A DNA stretch of 32,000 bases from an uncultured Eubacteriales bacterium. Its GTDB lineage: Bacteria; Bacillota; Clostridia; Oscillospirales; Oscillospiraceae. The stretch spans positions 5,153-37,152 of the forward strand of contig UROF01000025.1 of NCBI GenBank assembly GCA_900549475.1. The letters run 5' to 3'. The position numbers and the translations under genes are program-made. Below the pieces are notes generated by a model. It was not told where the DNA came from. It was given only the letters and a program-made list of their open reading frames with translations, and did no database searches. Of this stretch, positions 6,482-15,354 are shown piece by piece; position 1 is the first letter of the stretch, and the number at the start of each line of letters is the position of its first letter.

Positions 6482-7249
6482 ATGGCGCTGTTTGACACCC
6501 ATGCCCACTACGACGATTCCCAGTTCGACCCGGACCGGGAGGAACTGCTTGCGGCCCTGCCGGAAAACGGCGTAGGCCTGGTGGTGAACCCCGGCTGCGA
6601 TATCCCCACCTCCCGGCAGGCCCTGGCCCTGGCGGAGCGGTATCCCCACGTCTACGCCGCTGTGGGCTACCACCCGGAGAACTGCGGCCCCTATGTACCG
6701 GAGGAACTGGATATCCTCCGCTCCCTGGCAAAGCACCCCAAGGCGGTGGCCATCGGGGAGATCGGTTTGGACTACTACTGGGAGGAAAATCCCCCCCGGG
6801 ACTTCCAGCAGCAGGTGTTCCGCGCCCAGCTGCAGCTGGCCCAGGAGCTTGATCTGCCGGTGATCGTCCACGACCGGGAGGCCCACGGCGACAGCCTGGC
6901 CATTATCAAGGAATTCCCCGCCGTCCGGGGAGTGTTCCACTGCTTTTCCGGCAGCGCGGAGATGGCAAGGGAGCTGGTCAAGCTGGGGTGGATGATCTCC
7001 TTCACCGGGGTCCTCACCTACAAAAACGCCCGCAAGGCCCTGGAGGCCGCGGCGGCGGTGCCTATGGACCATCTGATGATCGAAACCGACAGCCCCTACA
7101 TGGCCCCGGTACCCAACCGCGGCCAGCGCAACGACTCCCGGAACGTGGCCTTCATCTGCCGGAAACTGGCGGAGGTGAAGGGCATCTCCCCGGAGGAGTG
7201 CGAACGTATTACCTGGGAAAACGGGAAGCGGTTCTTCCGCATCCCCTGA
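6482..7249 (+). CDS. tatD: TatD-family metal-dependent hydrolase/DNase (YabD-like)
   Basis: The N-terminus MALFDTHAHYDD carries the HxH motif, and the protein shows TatD-wide similarity. Its position after metG matches the conserved metG-yabD arrangement. Confidence 0.93.
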   Translation: MALFDTHAHYDDSQFDPDREELLAALPENGVGLVVNPGCDIPTSRQALALAERYPHVYAAVGYHPENCGPYVPEELDILRSLAKHPKAVAIGEIGLDYYWEENPPRDFQQQVFRAQLQLAQELDLPVIVHDREAHGDSLAIIKEFPAVRGVFHCFSGSAEMARELVKLGWMISFTGVLTYKNARKALEAAAAVPMDHLMIETDSPYMAPVPNRGQRNDSRNVAFICRKLAEVKGISPEECERITWENGKRFFRIP

Positions 7250-7277
7250 TAAAAATCTGCCCCTCAAAGCAGCAGAA

Positions 7278-7310
7278 GAGGCCGCCGGATGCCCGGCGGC
7301 CTCTTTTTTT
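7278..7310. terminator. Hairpin terminator shared by the convergent tatD and TetR genes
   Basis: The hairpin GAGGCCGCCGG-atgc-CCGGCGGCCTC is followed by TTTTTTT on the plus strand. Confidence 0.8.
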
Positions 7311-7884
7311 ACTCTTTTTCTGTCTCCAGGAACCCCACGCCCCGGAGCATGATCCCCTCGGCGGCAGCAGCCACCTCCTCCGCCGGCGTGGTCATGCCCT
7401 CCACCAGCCACCGCTCCAGCAGACCGATACACCCGGCACTGACAAAAGCGTAAAAGTAATCCAGCTGCCGCTGGCTGGCCCCCGCAAAATACCGGGTATA
7501 CCCCGCGAGATAAGGCCCTCTGGCTCCCTCCAGCAGCCGGTGGATAAACTCCCGGTCCCCATAGGGGCCCAGGATCACCGTACAGGCGTCAGCATTGCTG
7601 CGCAGGCACCGGAAGATCCCCTCCGTCACCTCCAGAGGGGAAGGGGTGCCCTCCATCAGCGGTGCCAGAGCCTGCTGAAGATCTGCAATGAGCTCGTCCT
7701 CCATGTGGGAGCGCAGGTCGTAGAGATCCCGATAGTGGGCATAAAAGGTGCCCCGGTTGATCCCCGCCGCCTGACACAGCTCCTTGACGGAAATGCTCTC
7801 TATGGGCTTTTTTGCCAGCAGATCTGTAAAAGCCTTGCGGATCAACGTCTGGGTCACCCGGACCCGGTGGTCCAGCTTTTCCAT
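7309..7884 (-). CDS. TetR/AcrR-family transcriptional regulator
   Basis: The N-terminal HTH reads ISVKELCQAAGINRGTFYAHYRDLYDL. A GGAGGG ribosome-binding site precedes the start. Confidence 0.9.
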   Translation of the reverse strand: MEKLDHRVRVTQTLIRKAFTDLLAKKPIESISVKELCQAAGINRGTFYAHYRDLYDLRSHMEDELIADLQQALAPLMEGTPSPLEVTEGIFRCLRSNADACTVILGPYGDREFIHRLLEGARGPYLAGYTRYFAGASQRQLDYFYAFVSAGCIGLLERWLVEGMTTPAEEVAAAAEGIMLRGVGFLETEKE

Positions 7885-7962
7885 ATGTCCCTCCTGATTT
7901 TGTAAATTTTCCGTTACGGAGTGGGTTTTTTCAACAGATTATGGCAAAGATGTTGATAAAAC

Positions 7963-8015
7963 GGACACAGAGAAAAAATGTGTCCCTTGTTCGGCCTGTT
8001 TTCTTTGAGTATACT
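7963..8015 (+). promoter_or_regulatory. Candidate TetR operator and promoter of the SDR gene
   Basis: The inverted repeat is GGACACA (7963-7969), a 9-nt spacer, and TGTGTCC (7979-7985). It abuts a -35 TTGTTC (7987-7992), a 17-nt spacer and a -10 TATACT (8010-8015). Confidence 0.45.
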
Positions 8016-8068
8016 ACACATAGAGACGTAAAGCAACACGCTGTTCAGTAACGCGAGGAGGCGATCCT

Positions 8069-9082
8069 ATGGAACGGCTGTTTATCATTACCGGAGCGGA
8101 CGGTCACCTGGGTGGGACTTTGATCCGCCTGCTGCGCCGCCGGAAGGCTATGGTCCGCGGTCTGGTGCTGCCGGGCCACATGCCCCCTGTGGGGGACGGC
8201 GTTACCTATTTCCAGGGGGATGTATGCCAGCCGGAGAGCCTGGAGCCACTGTTTCAGGACATTCCCGCCGGCACCTGGGTGTGCCTCATCCACACCGCCG
8301 GTATCGTGGACATCTCCGGGGAGGTGCTGCCTCTGGTGCGGGCCGTGAACGTGGACGGCACGAAACATATCCTCTCCCTCTGCCAAAAGCACGCTGTGGA
8401 CCGGCTGGTATATGTCAGCTCCGTCCACGCCATCCCGGAGGGGGATAAGACCCAGGTCCTCCATGAGATCACCCACTTTGACCCCGACGCGGTGGTGGGA
8501 GGCTACGCCAAGACCAAGGCGGAGGCCACCCAGGCGGTACTGGACGCGGCAGCGGCGGGCCTGGACGCGGTGGTGGTGCACCCCTCCGGCATCCTGGGGC
8601 CCTATGACCGCAGCGGCAACCACCTGGTACAGCTGGTCAACGACTATCTCCAGGGGAAGCTGCCCGCCTGCGTCACCGGAGGCTACGACTTTGTGGACGT
8701 ACGGGATGTGGCTCTGGGGTGCCTGCTGGCGGCGGAAAAGGGCCGGAAAGGGGAGTGCTATATCCTCTCCAACCGTCACTATGAGGTACGGGAGCTGCTG
8801 AGCATCCTCCGCTCCGTGGCAGGCGGCAGACGGCTGCCGGTGCTGCCCATGTGGATGGCCCGGGCAGCGGCGCCGGGGCTCCAATGGCTGGCCCGGCGGC
8901 AGAAAAAACGGCCCCTTTACACCAGCTACTCCCTCTACACTCTCCGCAGCAACGACAAGTTCTCCCACGACAAGGCTACCGCCGAGCTGGGCTACCGGCC
9001 CCGGGATCTGGTACAGACCCTGCGGGACACCGCCGCCTGGCTCCGTGGGAAAAACAGCTCCGCCAAAGGGGAGGCCCACTGA
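8069..9082 (+). CDS. NAD(P)-dependent epimerase/dehydratase-family oxidoreductase (extended SDR)
   Basis: The Rossmann motif is ITGADGHLGG. A YxxxK-type segment (GGYAKTKAEA) is present. A GAGGAGG ribosome-binding site precedes the start. Confidence 0.9.
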   Translation: MERLFIITGADGHLGGTLIRLLRRRKAMVRGLVLPGHMPPVGDGVTYFQGDVCQPESLEPLFQDIPAGTWVCLIHTAGIVDISGEVLPLVRAVNVDGTKHILSLCQKHAVDRLVYVSSVHAIPEGDKTQVLHEITHFDPDAVVGGYAKTKAEATQAVLDAAAAGLDAVVVHPSGILGPYDRSGNHLVQLVNDYLQGKLPACVTGGYDFVDVRDVALGCLLAAEKGRKGECYILSNRHYEVRELLSILRSVAGGRRLPVLPMWMARAAAPGLQWLARRQKKRPLYTSYSLYTLRSNDKFSHDKATAELGYRPRDLVQTLRDTAAWLRGKNSSAKGEAH

Positions 9083-9109
9083 TGGGTCCACTCTGTCAGA
9101 CACAAAAGG

Positions 9110-9140
9110 GAAGGCCCGCATTGCCGGGCCTTCTTTTTTT
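9110..9140 (+). terminator. Intrinsic terminator of the SDR gene
   Basis: The hairpin GAAGGCCCG-cattgc-CGGGCCTTC is followed by TTTTTTT. Confidence 0.85.
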
Positions 9141-9262
9141 ATCTTGCGGCATATTTTTCCAGGCCGCCTCCGGACCGCCCCGCCGCCAATGTGAAAAATG
9201 GAATAAATTTTCCTCCCTGCGGGCACCCTAGAGACAGCTTTCCGGCAGAGGACAACTTGTGG

Positions 9263-9303
9263 TTGACAGAACCGGAAAAGTTTGTTATTATATTAACGTT
9301 AAT
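9263..9303 (+). promoter_or_regulatory. Promoter of the alcohol dehydrogenase gene with an adjacent palindrome
   Basis: The -35 is TTGACA (9263-9268), the spacer is 17 nt and the -10 is TATTAT (9286-9291). It is immediately followed by the perfect 12-bp palindrome ATTAACGTTAAT (9292-9303). Confidence 0.55.
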
Positions 9304-9337
9304 AATTTAACAAATAACCGCACAGGAGGACAATGCC

Positions 9338-10399
9338 ATGAAAATGAAAGGTTACGCTATGCTGGGTATCGGCAAGACCGGCTGGATCGAGAAGGACGTT
9401 CCCGCCTGCGGGCCCCTGGACGCCATCGTCCGGCCCATCGCCGTCTCCCCCTGTACCTCTGATATACACACCGTTTGGGAAGGCGCCATCGGCGAGCGCA
9501 CCGACATGATCCTGGGCCACGAGGCCGTGGGCGAGATCGTGGAGGTAGGCTCCCTGGTCAAGGACCTGAAGGTGGGGGAGAAGGTCATCGTCCCCGCCAT
9601 CACCCCCGACTGGGGCAGTCTGGAGGCCCAGGGGGGCTACTCCATGCACTCCGGCGGCATGCTCTCCGGCTGGAAATTCTCCAACTTCAAGGACGGCGTA
9701 TTTGCTGAATACTTCCATGTCAACGAGGCCGACGCCAATCTGGCCCGGCTGCCGGAGGGCCTGGACCCTGCCGCTGCCGTCATGCTCAGCGACATGGTGC
9801 CCACCGGCTTCCACGGCGCGGAGCTGGCAGATGTGCAGTACGGTGACAGCGTGTGCGTCATCGGCATCGGCCCTGTGGGCCTGATGGCCGTGGCGGGCGC
9901 GGCCCTGCGGGGGGCGGGGCGGCTGTTCGCCGTGGGCTCCCGGCCCAACTGCGTGGAGGTGGCCAAGGCCTACGGCGCCACTGACATCATCAACTACCGT
10001 GAGGGCGACATCGTGGCGCAGATCATGGACAAAACCGGCGGCAAGGGCGTGGACAAGGTGATCATCGCCGGCGGCGACAACGACACCTTTATCCAGGCCA
10101 TCAACATGCTCAAGCCCGGCGGACGGATCGGCAACGTCAACTACCTGGGCTCCGGTGACTATGTCCGCATCCCCCGGGTGGAGTGGGGCTGCGGCATGGG
10201 CCACAAGACCATCGCCGGCGGCCTCATGCCCGGCGGACGGCTGCGGATGGAGAAGCTGGCCGCCCTGCTGGTCAACGGCCGGCTGGACACCTCCAAACTG
10301 CTGACCCATCGCTACCAGGGCTTTGACCACCTGGAGGAGGCCCTGCTGCTGATGAAGGACAAGCCCAAGGATCTCATCAAGCCTGTGGTGGTGATGTAA
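9338..10399 (+). CDS. adh: Zinc-dependent NADP-dependent secondary alcohol dehydrogenase (TbADH/CbADH-like)
   Basis: The product resembles, along its full length, the Thermoanaerobacter brockii / Clostridium beijerinckii secondary ADH as I recall it. Matching segments include CTSDIHTV, GHEAVGE, GIGPVGLMAVAGA and KDKPKDLIKPVV. An AGGAGG ribosome-binding site precedes the start. Confidence 0.95.
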   Translation: MKMKGYAMLGIGKTGWIEKDVPACGPLDAIVRPIAVSPCTSDIHTVWEGAIGERTDMILGHEAVGEIVEVGSLVKDLKVGEKVIVPAITPDWGSLEAQGGYSMHSGGMLSGWKFSNFKDGVFAEYFHVNEADANLARLPEGLDPAAAVMLSDMVPTGFHGAELADVQYGDSVCVIGIGPVGLMAVAGAALRGAGRLFAVGSRPNCVEVAKAYGATDIINYREGDIVAQIMDKTGGKGVDKVIIAGGDNDTFIQAINMLKPGGRIGNVNYLGSGDYVRIPRVEWGCGMGHKTIAGGLMPGGRLRMEKLAALLVNGRLDTSKLLTHRYQGFDHLEEALLLMKDKPKDLIKPVVVM

Positions 10400-10438
10400 A
10401 ACTCTTCCCGGACACTCTCTGCCGGAAAAAAACAGGCA

Positions 10439-10477
10439 GGGCGGCTCCCCCCGATCGGGGGGAGCCGCCCTCTTTTT
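10439..10477 (+). terminator. Intrinsic terminator of adh
   Basis: The hairpin GGGCGGCTCCCCCC-gatc-GGGGGGAGCCGCCC is followed by TCTTTTT. Confidence 0.85.
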
Positions 10478-10600
10478 CTGCTGTGAAACAAGGGGTATTT
10501 TTCCGGGAAAATGGCGGAAAACGCCCTAAAATCCCGGCGCAACAAATCGTTTCTTGACGGTACGGGCAAAATCTGCTACCGTGGCGGCGAGGTGATAGAC

Positions 10601-11287
10601 ATGACGATCCCACAGAATCTAAAGGACCTGCGCCGCCTCTCCGGTATGACCCAGGAGCAGGTGGCGGAGAAGGTGGGCCTGACCCGGCAGGCCATCTCCA
10701 GCTATGAGTCCGGGCGGACCCAGCCGGACCTTGCCATGCTGGAAAAGCTGGCGGAGGTCTACGGGGTGGAGATCACAGACGTGCTTTACGGCGCCGCCCC
10801 CCGCCAGCAGCGGCTGCGGCTCCTGCGGCGGCTGGCCCTGGGCTTTGCCGTGACAGTGCTGGGACTGCTGCTGCTGCGCTCGGCGGTGAGGCTGTGGGCC
10901 AACACCTTCCTGGCCTTCCCCGACGGCACGATCATCACCGAGGCCACAAAGCCCCTGTTGGATCAGCGCATTGCCATCGGCGATTTCTGTGAAGGGCTGG
11001 AAAGCCTGGCAGGGACGGTGTCCCTCCTGGGCTGTCTCATTCTGGGGGCCGTCATGGCCTTTGTGAAGCCCCTGCCCCCCGCCAAAACGGTGGTCTGGGC
11101 CTTTCTGGCCTTCCTGGCCGCTGCCGGAGCAGTCACCGTGCCCTTCGCCCTGCTGGACGGGCTCTACCAGCCCATCGACTACTACCTGCCGGTGGAGCTG
11201 ATGGTCCTGCCGCCGGTGGTGCTGCTGCTGCTCTGGTGGGGCATCCTGGCCCTGGTCCGGCGGAAAAAGGACCGTTCCGCCCTATAG
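10601..11287 (+). CDS. Membrane-anchored XRE-family HTH protein
   Basis: The N-terminal HTH is LRRLSGMTQEQVAEKVGLTRQAISSYESG. Several hydrophobic helices follow. A GAGGTGA ribosome-binding site precedes the ATG at 10601. Confidence 0.8.
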   Translation: MTIPQNLKDLRRLSGMTQEQVAEKVGLTRQAISSYESGRTQPDLAMLEKLAEVYGVEITDVLYGAAPRQQRLRLLRRLALGFAVTVLGLLLLRSAVRLWANTFLAFPDGTIITEATKPLLDQRIAIGDFCEGLESLAGTVSLLGCLILGAVMAFVKPLPPAKTVVWAFLAFLAAAGAVTVPFALLDGLYQPIDYYLPVELMVLPPVVLLLLWWGILALVRRKKDRSAL

Positions 11288-11335
11288 ACCGTCCGGAATC
11301 CCCACCGGGTGGTCCCATCCATTGGAACGTATCCC

Positions 11336-11875
11336 TTATTTCCATTCGTGGCTGAGAATCCGCATCATAATAAAATCACTGTATGTATTGTTGTAGTAAT
11401 AGGCCTCTTCCTGAATACCTTCCTGCTTGAATCCGATCTTCTTGTAGAACGCCAGCGCATCGGTATTCAATCCCACTACCCCGATGGAGACACGGTGCAT
11501 GTCATACTGGTGGAAGGCCATATCCAGCATGATGCGAATGGCTTCTGTCCCGTAGCCCTTATGCTGCATCTTTGGATCGGGAATGATGATCGTAAGATCG
11601 GTCTGGTGCCATGCGGGAAACATACGGAGCAGGCCCGTCTCACCTATGATATTGCCGTCCAGATCTGTAATCGTGAACCAAACCGAGTCTTTCGATTTAT
11701 GGTTGACGGTAATGCAAGTTTTCATCTCTTCCTCAATGATAGGCTTCTCAAAACCGCATTGAAACATAACCTTCGGCTGATTGAACCAATAGGTATAAAA
11801 CGGCACATCTTCTTCTCTTTGCTCCCGCAAAATAATCCGTTTCCCTCTGATTTCTTGATCCATATGTTTTCTCAT
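11336..11875 (-). CDS. GNAT-family N-acetyltransferase (RimJ/RimL-like)
   Basis: The acetyl-CoA binding segment is QHKGYGTEAIRIMLDMAF...FYKKIGF. The gene is visibly AT-rich compared with its neighbours. An alternative start lies at 11863. The 312-aa ORF extension overlaps the MocR gene in another frame and is spurious. Confidence 0.85.
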   Translation of the reverse strand: MRKHMDQEIRGKRIILREQREEDVPFYTYWFNQPKVMFQCGFEKPIIEEEMKTCITVNHKSKDSVWFTITDLDGNIIGETGLLRMFPAWHQTDLTIIIPDPKMQHKGYGTEAIRIMLDMAFHQYDMHRVSIGVVGLNTDALAFYKKIGFKQEGIQEEAYYYNNTYSDFIMMRILSHEWK

Positions 11876-11916
11876 AAACCTTTCTTTTATTTCTGCCGAT
11901 GCCGGTTTTAGCCCCA

Positions 11917-13332
11917 TCAGCCCCAGGCCCGCTTCAGGGCCGCCGTCAGGGCGGGGATGTCCTCGTCCTGAAGGGAGGCGTAGCCCAGCACCACCGTATT
12001 CTCCGGGCAGGTCTCCCGGTCCTCCATGTAGTACTGGCTCAAGCCCCGGAGGGCCACCCCCTCCCGCCGGGCGGAATGGACCATGGCCTGCTCCCCGGGG
12101 CCGTCCCGGAGGGTCAGCAGCAGGTGGAGCCCGGTGTGGCGGCCCTGGAGGACGATGTTCTCCCGGCCGAAGGCCTCCTCCAGGGCGGAGGCCAGGGCGG
12201 ACATCCGGCCCCGGTACACGCTGCGCATCCGGGAGAGATGGCGGGTAAAATGGCCCTGGGACAGGAAACGGCACAGGGTCTGTTGCTCAAAGCGGCTGAC
12301 GGTGTTGGCGTAGCTGCCGAACACCGCCTGGTACCGGCCCAGCAGGCCCATGGGCAGCACCATGCAGGCGATACGGATGCTGGGAGCCAGGCTCTTGGAG
12401 AAGGTGCAGAGATAGATCACCGGTCCCCACCGGCCGCCCATACCCTGGAGACTGGGGAGAGGCCGGGTATCAAAGCGGAACTCCGCGTCGTAGTCGTCCT
12501 CCAGAATATACCGTCCCGGCCGGGCCTGGGCCCACCGCAGCAGCTGGGAGCGGCGGGCGGCAGGCATGGTAACGGCGGTAGGGAAGTGGTGGCTGGGGGT
12601 GACATAACACAGGTCCGCCCCGCTTTGCTCCAGGCCCTCCGCCGAGAGGCCCCCCTCGTCAATGACCACACACCGGCAGGGTATGCCGTTGTTCTCCAAA
12701 ATCATCCGGGAGCGGTCGTAGCCCGGGTTTTCCACCGCCGCCGTCACCGGCCCCAGCAGCCGGGCCGCCAGGCCCAGCAGATACTCCACACCGGCTCCCA
12801 CCACGATCTGTTCCACGCCGCAGTCCACCCCCCGGTAGGCCCGGAGGTACTCCGCCAGCTCCCGGCGCAGGTCCTCGTCCCCCTGACGGTGGCCGTGGCG
12901 CAGCAGCTCCGGCTCTCCGTAGAGGAGATCCCGCTGAATTCTTCCCCAGGTGCGGAAGGGGAACAGGGCGGTATCCACGCCGCCGGTGGAGAGGTCAAAT
13001 TTCGGCGGCGGCTCCTCATCCCCGGCGGGGCGCCCGCCGCCGGAAAGCCGCTGGGAGGGAGGCGCCTCCACCGCCGGAAAACCGCCGCTCTCCAGCACGA
13101 AAAAGCCGCTGCGCTGCCGGGCCTCCAGATACCCCTCCGCCACCAGCATCTGGTAGGCGGCGTCCACCGTGTTTACCGCCACCGCCAGCTGGCCCGCCAG
13201 GGCCCGCTTTCCCGGCAGCCGGTCTCCCGGCTTCAGAACACCGGAACGGATCTGTGATGCCAGGCTCTCATAGAGCTGCTGATACAGGGGTTTTTCCCCG
13301 CCGCTGTCCAGACACAGCGTCAGCTGCAGCAT
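11917..13332 (-). CDS. MocR/PdxR-type regulator (GntR HTH fused to a PLP-dependent aminotransferase-like domain)
   Basis: The N-terminal winged HTH reads PLYQQLYESLASQIRSGVLKPGDRLPGKRALAGQLAVAVNTV. A roughly 350-aa aminotransferase fold with an SKSLAPSIR lysine motif follows. A GGGAGGTGG ribosome-binding site precedes the ATG at 13332. Confidence 0.92.
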   Translation of the reverse strand: MLQLTLCLDSGGEKPLYQQLYESLASQIRSGVLKPGDRLPGKRALAGQLAVAVNTVDAAYQMLVAEGYLEARQRSGFFVLESGGFPAVEAPPSQRLSGGGRPAGDEEPPPKFDLSTGGVDTALFPFRTWGRIQRDLLYGEPELLRHGHRQGDEDLRRELAEYLRAYRGVDCGVEQIVVGAGVEYLLGLAARLLGPVTAAVENPGYDRSRMILENNGIPCRCVVIDEGGLSAEGLEQSGADLCYVTPSHHFPTAVTMPAARRSQLLRWAQARPGRYILEDDYDAEFRFDTRPLPSLQGMGGRWGPVIYLCTFSKSLAPSIRIACMVLPMGLLGRYQAVFGSYANTVSRFEQQTLCRFLSQGHFTRHLSRMRSVYRGRMSALASALEEAFGRENIVLQGRHTGLHLLLTLRDGPGEQAMVHSARREGVALRGLSQYYMEDRETCPENTVVLGYASLQDEDIPALTAALKRAWG

Positions 13333-13456
13333 AGGACCACCTCCCAAACTGAACCCATAAAATATCTATATTCTGGGTGTTTCAATAGAATCAGATATTT
13401 GTATAATAGCACATAGAAAAAGCCGCCGTCAAGGCGGCGGCAGGGAGGAACGAACC

Positions 13457-14047
13457 ATGATCCACGAAAGTAAAGAGACAAAACTGCTGGTGAAGCTGTG
13501 CGTGGCCGCTATGATGGCCGCCCTGGTATTTGCCGGAAACTATATGCGGGTGAAGATCCCCGTGAGCCTGGGCGGCACCACCGCCTTCACCCTGGCCAAC
13601 ATCCTCTGCGCCCTGTCGGGACTGCTGCTGGGGCCCTGGTGGGGCGGCCTGGCGGCGGGCCTTGGCTCCGCTATCTTTGATATGCTGGACCCGGAGTACA
13701 TTGTGGAGGCCCCCATCACCTTTGTGACCAAGGGTATGTACGGCTTGGTAGCGGGATTGGTACTCTACTATCTGTTCCGCAATGCCAAGGAGAAGTACGG
13801 TCCCCAGCTCATCGCCACCGCCTGCGCCGCAGTGTGCTATATGGTGGTCTACTCCGTGAAGGTGTTTTTCTACAACGGCATGCTGATCCAGGGCTTGCCC
13901 GGTGCGGATCAGTGCTGGCTGCTGGTGCTGTCCAAGATGCCTGCCACCGTCTTTAACGGCGTGGTGGCTATGGTGGGCGCGCCTATCCTGGGCGTGGCGG
14001 TGATGAAGGCTCTGCGCAGCGCCCATATGGGGAAGCTACTGGCCTGA
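13457..14047 (+). CDS. ECF-transporter S component (substrate-binding integral membrane protein); possibly specific for vitamin B6 or a related compound
   Basis: The product is a 196-aa polytopic protein with the typical S-component layout. It is divergently paired with the MocR/PdxR-type regulator. An AGGGAGGA ribosome-binding site precedes the start. Substrate specificity is inferred only from this context. Confidence 0.8.
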   Translation: MIHESKETKLLVKLCVAAMMAALVFAGNYMRVKIPVSLGGTTAFTLANILCALSGLLLGPWWGGLAAGLGSAIFDMLDPEYIVEAPITFVTKGMYGLVAGLVLYYLFRNAKEKYGPQLIATACAAVCYMVVYSVKVFFYNGMLIQGLPGADQCWLLVLSKMPATVFNGVVAMVGAPILGVAVMKALRSAHMGKLLA

Positions 14048-14061
14048 CAGGAGAGGGATAA

Positions 14062-14100
14062 AGAGAGGTCCGCCGGTGGGCGGACCTCTCTTTTTGTTTT
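14062..14100 (+). terminator. Intrinsic terminator of the ECF S-component gene
   Basis: The hairpin AGAGAGGTCCGCC-ggtg-GGCGGACCTCTCT is followed by TTTTGTTTT. Confidence 0.9.
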
Positions 14101-14733
14101 TGCCGGGGCTGCGGCCCCGGTGCCCGGTTTTTGCGGGGCCTACCCGGCCCAGGCGGCATATCCGAAGTAAGCCGCTTCGGGCTTCGGTTCCCGGGCCTAC
14201 CCGGCCCGGACCCGGGTAACTTTTTGTACGCACAAAAAGTTACCAAAAAGGCGCCGGGGAGACCCCAGACCCCCGTTTTTTCCCAATCGGACACCTGCAA
14301 AGGAGCACTGCGCAGCCACTGAACTACCGAATCCTTCGGGTATCTGATCTCCGCCGGGTATCTCGTCCGGCTTCGGCTGACACCCTTTTGAAGGGGAAGA
14401 TGAATCTTTTTTCTGCCGCGAACTGCCTGCGCCTATGAAAAGCAACCAGGTTTCCGATAAGAAAAACGTGCAAAGTCCCCCATCCCGAGGGGCGACAGCC
14501 GAAGTGGGATACCCACCGCACCGATCACGAGGAGGCCGAAGGCAAAGCGGTATTTCAGCGGCAGCCGGGTATCACCCCTGATCGTGTCCGATTGGGCAAC
14601 AGCGGTGGTCCGGCCCGAAGGGGGCCGGCGCTTTTTCGGTCCACTTTTGTGCGTACAAAAGTGGACCCGCCGGAGGCAAAACAGCGCTGAGGGCCGCTGC
14701 CCGCCCCCTTTGAACCCCCGGGGTGCGGGGTGG
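14101..14733. repeat. Foldback multi-hairpin repeat, copy D (full palindromic copy)
   Basis: The left arm has H1 at 14215-14244 (GGTAACTTTTTGT-acgc-ACAAAAAGTTACC) and the core at 14270-14292. The right arm has the core at 14588-14608 and H1' at 14638-14667 (GGTCCACTTTTGT-gcgt-ACAAAAGTGGACC). The distal right end is the reverse complement of the distal left ends of copies A and E. An internal direct repeat GGGCCTACCCGGCCC lies at 14136-14150 and 14193-14207. Confidence 0.8.
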
Positions 14734-14846
14734 AGCTCCCGCTGGTAAGCACCAGGATTCCATTCCCTCCGGTGGAAAGCGGCAAAATAATTCCTTTCAT
14801 CAGCATAAAATTTTTCTTTTGGGAAAAACTTTCCCCAAAAGGAGGA

Positions 14847-15299
14847 ATGTCTGTGGATATTACCCGGGACATGAGCAAACAGGAATACGCCGCGCTGATC
14901 AAACAGCGGGAAAAGCCCTCGCCCATCGTAAAGGACTGCACCCTGGCCTTTCTCATCGGCGGGGCCATCTGCGTACTGGGCCAGCTGATCCGGGAGGGTT
15001 GGCTGTCCCTGGGCCTCAGCGACCAGGACGCCGCCACCGCTACCTCCGCATCGCTCATCCTGCTGTCGGTACTGCTGACGGGACTCAACGTCTACAACAA
15101 GATCGCCCGGTTCGGCGGGGCGGGGACCCTGGTGCCTATCACCGGTTTTGCCAACGCTGTGGCCTCCCCGGCCATCGACTTCCGCAGCGAGGGCTTCGTC
15201 ACCGGTATGGCCGCCCGGATGTTTACCGTGGCAGGGCCGGTGATCGTCTACGGCGTCATCGCCAGCGCCATTTATGGTGTATTCCTGTGTTTGTGGTGA
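14847..15299 (+). CDS. spoVAC: Stage V sporulation protein AC
   Basis: The product resembles SpoVAC along its length, for example FLIGGAICVLGQ, GAGTLVPITGFANA and RSEGFV. Candidate starts are the ATG at 14847, the GTG at 14853 (best spacing from the GGAGG site) and the ATG at 14871 (best match to the N-termini of homologues). Confidence 0.9.
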   Translation: MSVDITRDMSKQEYAALIKQREKPSPIVKDCTLAFLIGGAICVLGQLIREGWLSLGLSDQDAATATSASLILLSVLLTGLNVYNKIARFGGAGTLVPITGFANAVASPAIDFRSEGFVTGMAARMFTVAGPVIVYGVIASAIYGVFLCLW

Positions 15300-15306
15300 C
15301 AAGAAA

Positions 15307-15340
15307 GAGGGCCTGTACCGGTAAAACCGGACAGGCCCTC
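15307..15340. terminator. Hairpin between the convergent spoVAC and MATE genes
   Basis: The stem GAGGGCCTGT pairs with ACAGGCCCTC. On the minus strand the hairpin is followed by TTTCTT. Confidence 0.7.
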
Positions 15341-15354
15341 TCTGTCATGCTTTT

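Noticed and set aside
11876-12274. 312-aa version of the GNAT ORF extending upstream.
   Set aside because: The extension overlaps the 3' end of the MocR gene in another frame. It is Pro/Gly/Arg-rich and has the high GC of the neighbouring gene rather than the low GC of the GNAT gene.
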